From positions 2,760,001 through 2,792,000 of the forward strand of contig NC_000964.3 of NCBI RefSeq assembly GCF_000009045.1: a stretch of DNA of 32,000 nucleotides. The letters run 5' to 3'. The DNA comes from Bacillus subtilis subsp. subtilis str. 168. Lineage in GTDB: Bacteria; Bacillota; Bacilli; Bacillales; Bacillaceae. The notes under the pieces were generated by a model. That model was not told the origin of the DNA, did no database searches, and was given only the letters and a program-made list of their open reading frames with translations. Positions 1 through 9,766 of the stretch are shown here, piece by piece (position 1 is the stretch's first letter; each line of letters opens with the position of its first letter). Both the position numbers and the translations under genes were made by a program.

Positions 1-76
1 CGGCTGCATCTGCCGAAAATGCCATAGTCAACAGCAGGGTGAACATGATCATGACTTGAATCAGTCTCTTTTTCAT
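1..76 (-). CDS. sacC: Levanase precursor, N-terminal signal peptide only (truncated by window edge)
   Basis: Reverse complement of 1-76 reads MKKRLIQVMIMFTLLLTMAFSADAA, a typical signal peptide recognised as the SacC start. It lies directly downstream of levG in the lev operon order. Confidence 0.88.
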   Translation of the reverse strand, partial: MKKRLIQVMIMFTLLLTMAFSADAA

Positions 77-232
77 TTGTTCCTTCGCTCCTCTCTTCAT
101 GTTTGAACACTTTCAAAAGAGACTGCTGCGCAAGCTGGTCCGTTTCTGGCAATTCTCCTCTGTTTCACTGTTATCCGAATGATTTATATATGAAAAGACT
201 GCTGCAGTTTCTCTCTCTTTCCTTCACACACC

Positions 233-1060
233 TTATGCTAAGAATCCAGCCCAATACCCGAGAATCCCGATGACAAAGATGCCGCAAATAATGAGAAGTG
301 GATTCACCCCTTTGCGAAGCATCCATGCCACCAATAACGTTAATCCGAGAGGCAGCGCCCCCGGCATAATGCTATCTAGCACGTTTTGTACCGTTTGAAC
401 ATCTACTTTTCCGCTTTCATCCTTAATCCTGGATACAACGATTGGAATGTTGATGGTGGTCCATTTGGACACGAGAGCCCCCATAACAAATAACCCGAGA
501 ATCGAAGCGCCCTCTGTAAGCTTTTGAATGCGATTCCCCGCTAAATCCTGAAGAATCTCCATTCCTTTCACATAGCCATACTTTAATCCGTAATATTTTG
601 TGCTTAATCTTATGGCATTCAGCAAGAAAAAGAATAGCAAAGGACCGGCAATGTTTCCTCCTAAAGCAAGGGAGGCTCCTAGCGCAGCTAAGACAGGACG
701 AATCGTTCCCCAAAAAATTGGATCGCCTACGCCCGCTATTGGTCCCATCAAACCGATTTTCATTCCGCTTATCGCTTTTCCGTCAATTCCTTTATTGTTC
801 GCCATTTCTTCTTCCATGGCTGCCGTCACGCCAAATATAGGCGCTGTCAGCCACGGATGTGTATTAAACCATTCCAAATGCCGCTGTAAGGCTTCGTTTC
901 TTTTCGCTCCGGGACCGTACAATTTTTTGATCGCCGGTATCATGACATAACAATATCCCATTGCCTGCACACGTTCGAAGTTAAAGGAACCGAGTAAAAA
1001 ATTTGAACGAATAAACATGCTGAAAATTTCTTTCTTCGTTAATCGTTTTTCTTTCTCCAT
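233..1060 (-). CDS. levG: Fructose-specific PTS system, mannose-family EIID component
   Basis: 275 aa ORF with EIID-Man signatures (GPIAGVGDPIFWGTIRP) in the levDEFG gene order. Confidence 0.96.
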   Translation of the reverse strand: MEKEKRLTKKEIFSMFIRSNFLLGSFNFERVQAMGYCYVMIPAIKKLYGPGAKRNEALQRHLEWFNTHPWLTAPIFGVTAAMEEEMANNKGIDGKAISGMKIGLMGPIAGVGDPIFWGTIRPVLAALGASLALGGNIAGPLLFFFLLNAIRLSTKYYGLKYGYVKGMEILQDLAGNRIQKLTEGASILGLFVMGALVSKWTTINIPIVVSRIKDESGKVDVQTVQNVLDSIMPGALPLGLTLLVAWMLRKGVNPLLIICGIFVIGILGYWAGFLA

Positions 1061-1080
1061 TTTTTCTTCCCCCTCATCGT

Positions 1081-1890
1081 TTAGGCATCAAGATCATCAT
1101 CATCGTCATCATAAACAGCAACACTGCCACTGTCTGATGCGGCCGCGACTGCTCCGTGAGCGCTTTGTTTTTGCATCACCTGCTGGTATAAAAGCGCCAG
1201 ACAGAGACCAAGGGCTCCAAATCCCACTAAGTTAAAATCGGTAAACGCCGCTAATAAGAAACCAATATAGAAAAATGGCTTTAAATAAGGAATATTCATC
1301 ATATTGATCACCATGGCATACCCGACAACCACAATAATGCCTCCGCCTATTTGCAGTCCTTTTGTAATGACATCAGGAATATTTCCCAGGAACGCCTGAA
1401 CAGCGCTGACACTAATTAAAGCAACAATCAATGTAGGAATCATGACGCGCAAAGCTTGAAACACCATCGCGGTAATATGCATAATTTCAATTCCTTTTAT
1501 ATTTCCCGCTTTTGCATATTGATCAGCGCGGTGGATGAAAAAGACAGTGATCGTCCGAACAAAAATCGTCAGCGCCTGACCCGCAGCTGCTAAAGCAACA
1601 GCGACAGCAATCCCTTCGCCAATTCCTTGATCAGCGGTAATAACTAAAATGGTTGAGATGACAGAGGCGATCGCTGTATCAGGTGCCATGGCAAGCCCGA
1701 CGTTCATCCAGCCGAGCGCCATCAGCTCCAGTGTGCCTCCAAGAATAATTCCCGTTTTTAAGTCCCCGAGCACCAAGCCAACCAACGTACAGGCCACTAG
1801 CGGCCGGTGTGTCTGCCCTTCATCCAATACACTTGCGATTCCGGTGATTGCTGCAATGATTAACAACAAAATAATTTGTAATGAAGACAT
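1081..1890 (-). CDS. levF: Fructose-specific PTS system, mannose-family EIIC component
   Basis: 269 aa polytopic protein (LGTLELMALGWMNVGLAMAPDTA) followed immediately by levG. The C-terminus is an Asp run. Confidence 0.96.
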   Translation of the reverse strand: MSSLQIILLLIIAAITGIASVLDEGQTHRPLVACTLVGLVLGDLKTGIILGGTLELMALGWMNVGLAMAPDTAIASVISTILVITADQGIGEGIAVAVALAAAGQALTIFVRTITVFFIHRADQYAKAGNIKGIEIMHITAMVFQALRVMIPTLIVALISVSAVQAFLGNIPDVITKGLQIGGGIIVVVGYAMVINMMNIPYLKPFFYIGFLLAAFTDFNLVGFGALGLCLALLYQQVMQKQSAHGAVAAASDSGSVAVYDDDDDDLDA

Positions 1891-1906
1891 ATTCTCATCC
1901 CCTTGA

Positions 1907-2398
1907 TTATTTTGTTACGTTCCGTAAAATCTGTACAAAATCCTCACTGGCATCTGAAGGCAGCTGCCTCAATTCCAGTTTCACGCCCTTGTCACTTAAT
2001 GTTTCAAATGCCTTTATATCTTGTTCTGTGACACTGACTGATTTTGTGATTTGCCTGCGATGATTTTCAAAACGCATTCCCCCGACGTTTACGGTTTTGA
2101 TCGGTACACCTGCTTCTATAAGAGATACAATATCGGACGGATTTTCAAACAAGAGCATTGCCGTTACCCCTTCGTAGCGCGGACTATGAAATGCTTTTGC
2201 CATTTTAGAAACCGAGACGGCACTCGCCTTTACATTTGAAGGCGCAACAGAAAGGATCAGCGTTTTTCTCATTTCGTCCTGAGCAATATCGTCGGAGACA
2301 ACGATGATTCGGTCGGCTGCATGGACTTTTATCCACCTTGTCAGGATTTGGCCGTGAATAAAGCGGTCATCAATTCTTGCTAACACAATGTTCATCAT
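1907..2398 (-). CDS. levE: Fructose-specific PTS system, mannose-family EIIB component
   Basis: 163 aa ORF with the EIIB-Man phosphohistidine region (ARIDDRFIHGQILTRWIK). The start overlaps the levD stop by 4 nt (ATGA). Confidence 0.96.
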   Translation of the reverse strand: MMNIVLARIDDRFIHGQILTRWIKVHAADRIIVVSDDIAQDEMRKTLILSVAPSNVKASAVSVSKMAKAFHSPRYEGVTAMLLFENPSDIVSLIEAGVPIKTVNVGGMRFENHRRQITKSVSVTEQDIKAFETLSDKGVKLELRQLPSDASEDFVQILRNVTK

Positions 2399-2835
2399 AA
2401 TTCATCCTCTCTTGTATCTTGATTGGCTGTTTTTACTTTTTCTAAATGTTCACTGCACACTTGAAAGCTTTGCTGACTCATTGCTTTTAAGTTGTTCAGC
2501 AAATCTTTGAGAGCCAGATGTTCTCTCAGGCTTAATACCTCCAGCAGAATCGGCAGGTTTACGCCGGCAGCCATATCCATTCTTTGATCCTCAGCAATAA
2601 AGGAAGCTGCCGCGTTATATGGCGTCCCTCCAAAAATATCGACTAAAAAAAGCACTTCATGTTCTTCCGGGATATCCTTGAGCGCCTGATGATATTTTTC
2701 TTGCAGCGTTTGTATTCCTTCCCCTTTGAAAAACGGCACTGCAATCAGGTTATTTTCTTCACCGAATATCATCCCTGAAGACTCTTTTAATGCTATGGGA
2801 AAATCTCCATGACCGCTGATAATAACTGAAATCAT
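2395..2835 (-). CDS. levD: Fructose-specific PTS system, mannose-family EIIA component
   Basis: 146 aa from MISVIISGHGDFPIALKES, a typical EIIA-Man N-terminus. The track ORF begins 11 codons further upstream (2868), which would leave no room between the sigma-54 promoter and the start codon. Confidence 0.94.
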   Translation of the reverse strand: MISVIISGHGDFPIALKESSGMIFGEENNLIAVPFFKGEGIQTLQEKYHQALKDIPEEHEVLFLVDIFGGTPYNAAASFIAEDQRMDMAAGVNLPILLEVLSLREHLALKDLLNNLKAMSQQSFQVCSEHLEKVKTANQDTREDEL

Positions 2836-2873
2836 ATCTATTGCTCCTTTCCTGTTTTGTACATCCATATATA

Positions 2874-2891
2874 ATGCAAGGATCGTGCCAA
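2874..2891 (-). promoter_or_regulatory. Sigma-54 (SigL) -24/-12 promoter of the levD operon
   Basis: The minus strand reads TTGGCACGATCCTTGCAT, an excellent match to TTGGCACNNNNNTTGCW, just upstream of levD. Confidence 0.95.
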
Positions 2892-2900
2892 CACAGTTGT

Positions 2901-2914
2901 GTTAAGCGTTTTCA
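2901..2914 (-). promoter_or_regulatory. Candidate catabolite-responsive element (CcpA cre)
   Basis: The minus strand reads TGAAAACGCTTAAC, about 12/14 to the consensus TGWNANCGNTNWCA, just upstream of the -24/-12 promoter. Confidence 0.65.
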
Positions 2915-2969
2915 TTGTTATTTCAGCCAATAGCAATTTGTTGTTGAAACACTTAAAACGAAAAAAATA

Positions 2970-3006
2970 AACCTGTATTAAAATGGTGTTCCATTTAATA
3001 CAGGTT
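2970..3006 (-). promoter_or_regulatory. LevR upstream activating sequence; the same palindrome can also serve as the levR terminator
   Basis: AACCTGTATTAAAatggtgttccaTTTAATACAGGTT has 13-bp perfect arms centred near 2988, about 125 bp upstream of the predicted levD start site. On the minus strand it is followed by TTATTTTTTTCG. Confidence 0.75.
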
Positions 3007-3024
3007 CATATGAAAAAACTGTTT

Positions 3025-5832
3025 TTAAAACAGCTGGCCATGCACTTCTTCAGCAAATATGGCGGCTATAAATAATTTTTCATCATCACTTATGCGAAGT
3101 CCGAGCTTTTCTTCATAAGGGGCTAATGTTCGCTCTGTCACGTACACCATTTCCTTCAGCTGATCATTGATCTCTTCTTCCTCTGAGAAAGCGATCGGAT
3201 TCTGCTTAATTACCCTTTCAAAGGCGAAAGCCGTGTGCATAATGACTTTGATCAAAACCGCATTATTGAAAATGACCCCCAGCTCATCCTGAACGGTTTG
3301 CAGCCACTCCAATAACATGTCGATCACATGGTGGGGATTCAAGAAGACAAGGTATTTTTTCAGGCTATCCTCGCAAAGCTCCCTGACAATAATATTTGCT
3401 TCGTTCAATCCATTGCTCAAGGAGATGCTTCCTTTTGTAATCGCCTGTTGAATCAGCTTCTCTCCCTCCCCTTCAATTAACACTTCTAAAGATACATGCG
3501 GAGCATTGATTTTAGGGTCTTTCGTTCCGACTGTCGCAAGGATTTCATACTCTTTTTCGATTTCTTTTATGCTGTTGGCCAGCTTAATCGATGATACGGT
3601 CAATATGTGAATGGGGGTATCGGAGGCCTTGTTTACGATCGTGGTTAGAATGTCTTCCAGCTTTTTGGCCGTTCCGCTACCCGTCGTGCAGATGGATACC
3701 AATGCCTTCTTTTTGCCGGATGCCGCTGGCTGACGCTCCCACAACTCGATAAAATCCTTCGTGACCGATTGATAGATCGCATGCAAATTTAAATTCAAAT
3801 AGTTGACCTTTCTGACAGCATCCAGCACCATTGAAGTCGTAACATTGCTGATCGTTTTAATAGAAATGCCTGTCTTTTCCTCCAGCCTGCTTTCCAGCAT
3901 TGCAAGCGACCCCATATCTACCAGCATTAAAACACCTTCACCTTCATCAACCTGTTTCATTTTTTCTGCTACGCATTCAAGAATGTCCGAAGGTGAAACA
4001 GTAAGCGGCATGTCAACTGCTGCAATCGGCGTACTCCCTAGCAGTTCTGTCGCGACTTCAACCATTGAACTCGCCGTGCTGTTTCCATGAGCTGCCACGA
4101 TAATACCGACTCTTTTGTTCTCCTTTAACGATTTGATGGAATGAATTAACATCGTTAAGTAGATGACTTCTATTTCAGGAATAGCCACTTTAAAATATTC
4201 CTGAATTTTATCTTTAAAAATCATCGCCACCCGATATTCTTTCACATGGGTATCACGAATTTCATCTGTCTCCTGTGTATTCAAAACATCAATTTGCTTT
4301 CCTCGCTTTAAAAATGCGTCAATATGCATACTCAAGAAATAAATAAACTTACGGTCAAATGTGCAATCCAGCTCATGTTCAGCTATTTCTTTTAACTGTT
4401 TTGTCATTTGAATCACATCGTCTTCAACGAATGTCAGCAGGTTGTCTTTTTGAAAAGCTTGATGATGAAAAAAACTTCTGACATGCAAATGGACATCAGT
4501 CAAGATGTACTGGTTAATATCCTTTTTGGATAAACCTTCTTTCATAAGCGTTTTCACTTTTTCCTCAATCAAATGATATAAGTTAAATGAGAGGTCTTCG
4601 TCAATTTTTGTTGTTTCATCTTCTACAATCGGAGAGATAATCGTTGTAATATTGACATATTCAGAAATGGCTTTGCTTCTTTGCATGTTTTTGCTGCTGG
4701 ACATCCATTCTTGCTTGATTTCATCAGGCAGATCGCGAACAGTCAGTTCAATAACTTCATTTCTGTCAAGGTTATGCAAAAATCCGTGTGCGCAAACTAA
4801 CTGAACATTTGATTTCAGCTGTCCGACATTCCCAAATTTCGCAGAGTGAATAAGCGCATTATAGACATCGATATGCACACTCAGATTCTTCTTAATTCGC
4901 TCTGCTTCTTTCCCTAATAAAAACGTCGTCAGATCCACTCTTTCATTAAGCGATCGTTCTTCAAGCGAAGGAATATGAATGGTCATTGGGATTCTTCGCA
5001 AAAACGTTTTCAATAGTGCAGAACTCGGATTTTCTGTAGTCGCACAAATAAACAATACGTTCGATGTTCGTTTATGTTCAGATTCTCCAAGCCTGTTATA
5101 AGAACCGCTGTCAATAAAATAAAACAGCATTTCTTGTCCCTCGGGAGGGAGACGGTGGATTTCATCCATAAAAAGAATGCCCCCATTGGCCTGTTCGACT
5201 AAACCCGCCTTATCCTCGGCAGCACCTGTAAATGAACCTTTTTTGTGTCCGAATAATTGAGAAAGCAATAATTGAGGGTTGTTGTAGTAGTCTGCACAGT
5301 TAAATGTAATAAATGGTGCGCCGGCCTTCAATATGTCAGAGTAAATGGCAAACTGGTAAATTCGGTTCGCAAAAAGGGATTTACCGGAACCAGTCGGCCC
5401 TAGGAGGAGCATATGCAGACCGTTCGGCGGATAAAAGACAGCTGCTTTTGCCTGGGAGATCGCTTTCTTCAAACTCCCTTTTGCCCCTATCATAAGCTCT
5501 AGGGGATTCGTGGAAATGTGTTGATGATTTTGCTTTGAATTTCCGGAAAACGCCTGAAGGTCTTTCACTTCCATCATCTCTGTATCCCATTTCTTGTTGA
5601 ATAATTTTTCTGCTATCTCGACTGGGATGTATCTTACAGGAAATGTTTTAATTTTGATGACCTTTTTGGACCGGACGAGATTGTTCAATTCAAAGCTGAC
5701 ATTGGACCGCTCCATTTTCAGCTGCTCGGCAATCTCCTTTGCTGAATTCCCTTGTATTTTTAAAAGATGATCTAAGGTTGAATCATGAAAATTATGCTTG
5801 AGCTGATGGTATATTTTATCTATTCTTCTCAC
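3025..5832 (-). CDS. levR: LevR, transcriptional activator of the levanase operon (NtrC-type AAA+ domain plus PTS regulation domains and EIIA/EIIB-like domains)
   Basis: Walker A GPTGSGKS, sigma-54 interaction motif GSFTGAAEDKAG and Walker B GGILFMDEI, followed by PRD and EIIA-Man-like (IIVAAHGNSTASS) segments. A GTG start at 5832 gives 935 aa; the track ORF starts 3 codons earlier. Confidence 0.95.
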   Translation of the reverse strand: MRRIDKIYHQLKHNFHDSTLDHLLKIQGNSAKEIAEQLKMERSNVSFELNNLVRSKKVIKIKTFPVRYIPVEIAEKLFNKKWDTEMMEVKDLQAFSGNSKQNHQHISTNPLELMIGAKGSLKKAISQAKAAVFYPPNGLHMLLLGPTGSGKSLFANRIYQFAIYSDILKAGAPFITFNCADYYNNPQLLLSQLFGHKKGSFTGAAEDKAGLVEQANGGILFMDEIHRLPPEGQEMLFYFIDSGSYNRLGESEHKRTSNVLFICATTENPSSALLKTFLRRIPMTIHIPSLEERSLNERVDLTTFLLGKEAERIKKNLSVHIDVYNALIHSAKFGNVGQLKSNVQLVCAHGFLHNLDRNEVIELTVRDLPDEIKQEWMSSSKNMQRSKAISEYVNITTIISPIVEDETTKIDEDLSFNLYHLIEEKVKTLMKEGLSKKDINQYILTDVHLHVRSFFHHQAFQKDNLLTFVEDDVIQMTKQLKEIAEHELDCTFDRKFIYFLSMHIDAFLKRGKQIDVLNTQETDEIRDTHVKEYRVAMIFKDKIQEYFKVAIPEIEVIYLTMLIHSIKSLKENKRVGIIVAAHGNSTASSMVEVATELLGSTPIAAVDMPLTVSPSDILECVAEKMKQVDEGEGVLMLVDMGSLAMLESRLEEKTGISIKTISNVTTSMVLDAVRKVNYLNLNLHAIYQSVTKDFIELWERQPAASGKKKALVSICTTGSGTAKKLEDILTTIVNKASDTPIHILTVSSIKLANSIKEIEKEYEILATVGTKDPKINAPHVSLEVLIEGEGEKLIQQAITKGSISLSNGLNEANIIVRELCEDSLKKYLVFLNPHHVIDMLLEWLQTVQDELGVIFNNAVLIKVIMHTAFAFERVIKQNPIAFSEEEEINDQLKEMVYVTERTLAPYEEKLGLRISDDEKLFIAAIFAEEVHGQLF

Positions 5833-6557
5833 GTCTATCATCCTTTGTCCTTATTAGATAAGCCATTAACAAGAATATTTCGAAACTTTATAGTCCGCGT
5901 TGAGATTTACACGTTTAAAAAGGTCTCTATAGCAGATTGACAAAGCTGGCTTTTATGCGTATATGTTTACATGTTGAATCATTTGCACCTCATATTAGTA
6001 TGATAGATGCTCAGTTCTGGAGGGCCAGTCCCCTTCAAAAGTAATAATCAGTAAACAGTTTATCATTCTCGGGGAATGTAATGATGTCAAAATAATCAAT
6101 GACAAAAAATGAATCTTATAGATCATGACAAATTACCCAAATATAACCCCTTAAGTTCGTTCACAACTAAAAAGACGGACACTCTATGTGACCGCCACAG
6201 TATTACAATTTGCAAAACTTCGTCATTTTTGCAATCCACATTGGAGGTTAAGGAATCTGTAAGCTTAAAAACTTTATCTCCGATCCTATCGATTTGATCC
6301 CCCTGCCGGCCTCAATCATAGTGGGTATGCAATTATACAAATCGTTACCGATTAAAACTAGCCTGTCAGATTGTCCAAATGACTTTCCTGTTTTACTCTG
6401 CTATTCAGGTAGAATCACGAGTGAAAAATAGAGCCACAAGACATGTAACAGCACTTAAAATAGTTTTAAAATTTAAAAATAAAAGTATCTATTCTTTTAA
6501 ATGTTATAATATCCGATAAAACTTTACTCATCTTTTTATTACTGGAGGAAAATAAAA

Positions 6558-7946
6558 TTGATAGGCAATTCTAGCAAAGACAATTTTGGCCAGCAACAGA
6601 AATTGTCTAGAGGCCTTAAAAACAGGCATATACAATTAATGGCGATTGGAGGTGCAATCGGTACAGGTTTATTTTTAGGTTCAGGTAAATCCATCCATTT
6701 TGCAGGACCATCCATTTTATTTGCTTACTTGATCACCGGCGTATTTTGCTTTTTCATTATGCGTTCGCTCGGAGAACTGCTCTTATCAAATGCGGGATAC
6801 CACTCTTTTGTTGATTTTGTAAGGGACTATTTAGGAAACATGGCAGCATTTATCACTGGGTGGACCTACTGGTTCTGTTGGATTTCCCTCGCGATGGCTG
6901 ATTTAACGGCGGTCGGCATTTATACGCAATATTGGCTTCCCGATGTGCCTCAATGGCTGCCGGGTCTTCTTGCGCTTATTATCCTGCTGATCATGAACCT
7001 TGCCACCGTTAAACTTTTCGGAGAATTAGAATTTTGGTTTGCATTGATCAAAGTCATTGCCATACTGGCTCTGATCGTAACTGGTATTCTCCTGATTGCG
7101 AAAGGTTTTTCCGCAGCTTCCGGCCCTGCCAGCCTCAACAACCTTTGGAGCCACGGCGGCATGTTCCCAAATGGATGGCATGGGTTTATCCTATCTTTCC
7201 AAATGGTCGTCTTCGCTTTCGTGGGTATTGAACTTGTTGGACTGACAGCAGGTGAAACAGAAAATCCCCAAAAAGTGATCCCTAAAGCCATCAATCAAAT
7301 TCCTGTCCGGATTTTACTTTTTTATGTTGGCGCACTTTTCGTGATTATGTGTATCTATCCTTGGAATGTGTTGAATCCAAACGAAAGCCCATTTGTTCAG
7401 GTCTTCTCTGCAGTAGGCATCGTTGTGGCTGCCAGTTTGATCAATTTTGTTGTATTAACATCAGCCGCATCAGCTGCAAATAGCGCTTTATTCAGCACAA
7501 GCCGAATGGTCTATTCACTTGCAAAGGATCATCACGCACCTGGACTATTAAAGAAATTAACTTCTTCTAACGTGCCAAGCAATGCGCTGTTCTTTTCATC
7601 CATCGCCATTCTGATTGGCGTTAGTCTGAATTATTTAATGCCCGAGCAAGTCTTCACGCTGATTACAAGTGTTTCAACAATATGCTTCATTTTTATTTGG
7701 GGCATCACGGTGATTTGCCATTTGAAATATCGAAAAACAAGGCAGCATGAAGCGAAAGCAAACAAATTTAAAATGCCTTTTTACCCATTATCCAACTATT
7801 TAACACTTGCATTTCTCGCGTTCATTCTTGTCATATTGGCACTGGCGAATGATACACGTATTGCTTTGTTTGTCACCCCGGTCTGGTTTGTTTTATTGAT
7901 TATTTTGTATAAGGTGCAAACCCGCAGAGGACATAAGGTGAAATAA
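6558..7946 (+). CDS. aapA: Amino acid permease (APC superfamily, D-Ser/D-Ala/glycine transporter-like)
   Basis: 462 aa ORF with the typical GLKNRHIQLMAIGGAIGTGLFLGSG signature. TTG start preceded by actGGAGGaa. Confidence 0.9.
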   Translation: MIGNSSKDNFGQQQKLSRGLKNRHIQLMAIGGAIGTGLFLGSGKSIHFAGPSILFAYLITGVFCFFIMRSLGELLLSNAGYHSFVDFVRDYLGNMAAFITGWTYWFCWISLAMADLTAVGIYTQYWLPDVPQWLPGLLALIILLIMNLATVKLFGELEFWFALIKVIAILALIVTGILLIAKGFSAASGPASLNNLWSHGGMFPNGWHGFILSFQMVVFAFVGIELVGLTAGETENPQKVIPKAINQIPVRILLFYVGALFVIMCIYPWNVLNPNESPFVQVFSAVGIVVAASLINFVVLTSAASAANSALFSTSRMVYSLAKDHHAPGLLKKLTSSNVPSNALFFSSIAILIGVSLNYLMPEQVFTLITSVSTICFIFIWGITVICHLKYRKTRQHEAKANKFKMPFYPLSNYLTLAFLAFILVILALANDTRIALFVTPVWFVLLIILYKVQTRRGHKVK

Positions 7947-7954
7947 AAAAAAGA

Positions 7955-7982
7955 CAAGGGATACTCACTCCCTTGTCTTTTT
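7955..7982 (+). terminator. Rho-independent terminator downstream of aapA
   Basis: AAAGACAAGGGatactcaCTCCCTTGTCTTTTT: GC-rich stem with a T tract immediately after the aapA stop. Confidence 0.88.
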
Positions 7983-8041
7983 ATATGTGTCAAACACTAA
8001 ATTAAACTTTGGTTTCAAATTTCATTCACTTCATTTAAGTG

Positions 8042-8674
8042 TTAACTCAAACCAGTTTTGATGCCGAAACCTACTAATATTATTCCGGTAATTTTTTGAA
8101 ACACTTTCTGGAACTTCGAGTTTTTCATCCATTTTTTTGCGTAATCAATAATATAAACAAGAAACAGGAACCACAACACCGCTAATAAGGTTAGGATTGA
8201 AGCTAAAATGATGAGCTGCTGGTTTATATTTCCGTTCAAATTGATAAATTGGGGCATGATTGTAACATACACCAAAACAGTTTTAGGATTGAGAATGTTA
8301 CTGAGTGATCCCTGCATAAAGGAAGTTTTATAATAACGTTTCGGAGAACTTGCCATATTTTTTGCTTGGGATTGCATGTCATCTAACGAAAACATACTTT
8401 TAGCAAAAAAACTTTTTACACCTAAATAAATTAAGTATGCCGCTCCCAAATATTTGATCGTTGTGAAAAGAATCACTGACTTTGCGATTACCACTGATAA
8501 TCCTAAAATGGCAATCACCGTCCAAAAGGAAAGTCCTGTCGCCAATCCGAGAATGTTATAACGGCCGGCTTTCGGACCATACCTAAGCGTATTTTTCATC
8601 ACAAGCATCGTATCTGCCCCCGGTATGATAACCATCATGGCAGCGATCGGTATGTATGCGAGTAAGCTGTGCAT
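8042..8674 (-). CDS. yrhP: LysE/RhtB family amino acid exporter
   Basis: 210 aa from MHSLLAYIPIAAMMVIIPGADTMLVMKNTLRYGPKAG, a typical RhtB/LysE signature. The ATG at 8674 follows a GGGGGA Shine-Dalgarno sequence. Confidence 0.9.
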   Translation of the reverse strand: MHSLLAYIPIAAMMVIIPGADTMLVMKNTLRYGPKAGRYNILGLATGLSFWTVIAILGLSVVIAKSVILFTTIKYLGAAYLIYLGVKSFFAKSMFSLDDMQSQAKNMASSPKRYYKTSFMQGSLSNILNPKTVLVYVTIMPQFINLNGNINQQLIILASILTLLAVLWFLFLVYIIDYAKKWMKNSKFQKVFQKITGIILVGFGIKTGLS

Positions 8675-8826
8675 TGTTCTCTCCCCCTTTAAAAATCCCC
8701 TCAATCATATAGTGACTACAAAAGTAACTACTTATAAAAGTGTATCAATGCGTTTGGAATAAATCAATATGATTTGTTAAAATAGCGATTACTAAGGCAG
8801 CGATTGCTCTTTATATTGGAGGATAT

Positions 8827-9654
8827 ATGAAAGAAAATATGTTAGACATTTTAAAAAACCTCAATTTTACAGAATATGAATCGAAAGCGTATTTAGCATT
8901 ATTGCAAGAATCACCTTTAACAGGCTATGCCGTTGCCAAAAAATCCGGAGTGCCCCGTTCTAAAATTTATGAAGTATTGGAAAGTCTTGTCATAAGGGGA
9001 GATGTTTTTGTCAGTCATGGAAATACGCCTCAGTATGTTCCAGTCCCCGCAAAAGAACTGATTAAAAACCGCCGGCTCAAAGCGGAAGAGCATTTTGATC
9101 AGGCTGAGAAATATTTTGAAAAGTTCGAGCAGACCGCAAATGACCGGGAAAACATCTGGAATATCACCGGCCGCAGTGAAATTCTTGAAAAGGTGAAGGC
9201 TTGTATCTTATCTGCCAAAAAAAGAATCCTCTTAGAAATATGGAAAGAGGATTTTAAGGAGATAGAAGCAGAGCTCAAACAGGCGGCAGAACAAGGCGTT
9301 ATTGTCACCATTATTGCGTACGGAGACATCGTATCTGATTTTGCCAATGTTTACCTTCATGATATGAGCAGTGAAATTACAGAAGAGTATGACGGACGGT
9401 GGCTTGTCTATAGCGGAGATGATTCAGAAGTAGTAGCGGGCATTGTCTCACTTGGCAACGACAGCCGTGCTGCATGGACGATGCATGTAGGGTTAGTCAT
9501 GCCTATTACTGAAGTGATCATTCATGATCTGTACCTCATGGAAATTCTGAAAAAGCATAGAGAGCTTTTAGAAGAGAGCTTCGGGAAAAATCTCATCCAG
9601 TTGCGCCGTAAATTTTCTATTCACTCAGATTTCAAAAAACATTATTTGGAATAA
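8827..9654 (+). CDS. yrhO: TrmB-family HTH transcriptional regulator
   Basis: N-terminal winged helix LTEYESKAYLALLQESPLTGYAVAKKSGVPRSKIYEVLESL, divergent from yrhP. Confidence 0.88.
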   Translation: MKENMLDILKNLNFTEYESKAYLALLQESPLTGYAVAKKSGVPRSKIYEVLESLVIRGDVFVSHGNTPQYVPVPAKELIKNRRLKAEEHFDQAEKYFEKFEQTANDRENIWNITGRSEILEKVKACILSAKKRILLEIWKEDFKEIEAELKQAAEQGVIVTIIAYGDIVSDFANVYLHDMSSEITEEYDGRWLVYSGDDSEVVAGIVSLGNDSRAAWTMHVGLVMPITEVIIHDLYLMEILKKHRELLEESFGKNLIQLRRKFSIHSDFKKHYLE

Positions 9655-9674
9655 TGTTTGTCATCTCTTACCCC

Positions 9675-9711
9675 AAAAACAAGGCTTGTACAAAACAAGC
9701 CTTGTTTTTTT
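9675..9711 (+). terminator. Rho-independent terminator downstream of yrhO
   Basis: AAAAACAAGGCTTG tacaaaa CAAGCCTTGTTTTTTT. Confidence 0.9.
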
Positions 9712-9766
9712 ATGCATAAACCCCCCATGCTGATTTACTTCTCTCTTTTAAAAAATGTGATTCTGC

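Noticed and set aside
423-713. Plus-strand 96-aa ORF opposite levG
   Set aside because: Fully antisense to a clear EIID gene, with atypical composition and no family resemblance.
3803-4090. Plus-strand 95-aa ORF inside levR
   Set aside because: Shadow ORF of a well supported 935-aa coding frame.
6109-6297. 62-aa ORF in the levR-aapA gap
   Set aside because: No convincing RBS or domain, and low-information sequence. Retained only as part of the unexplained gap.
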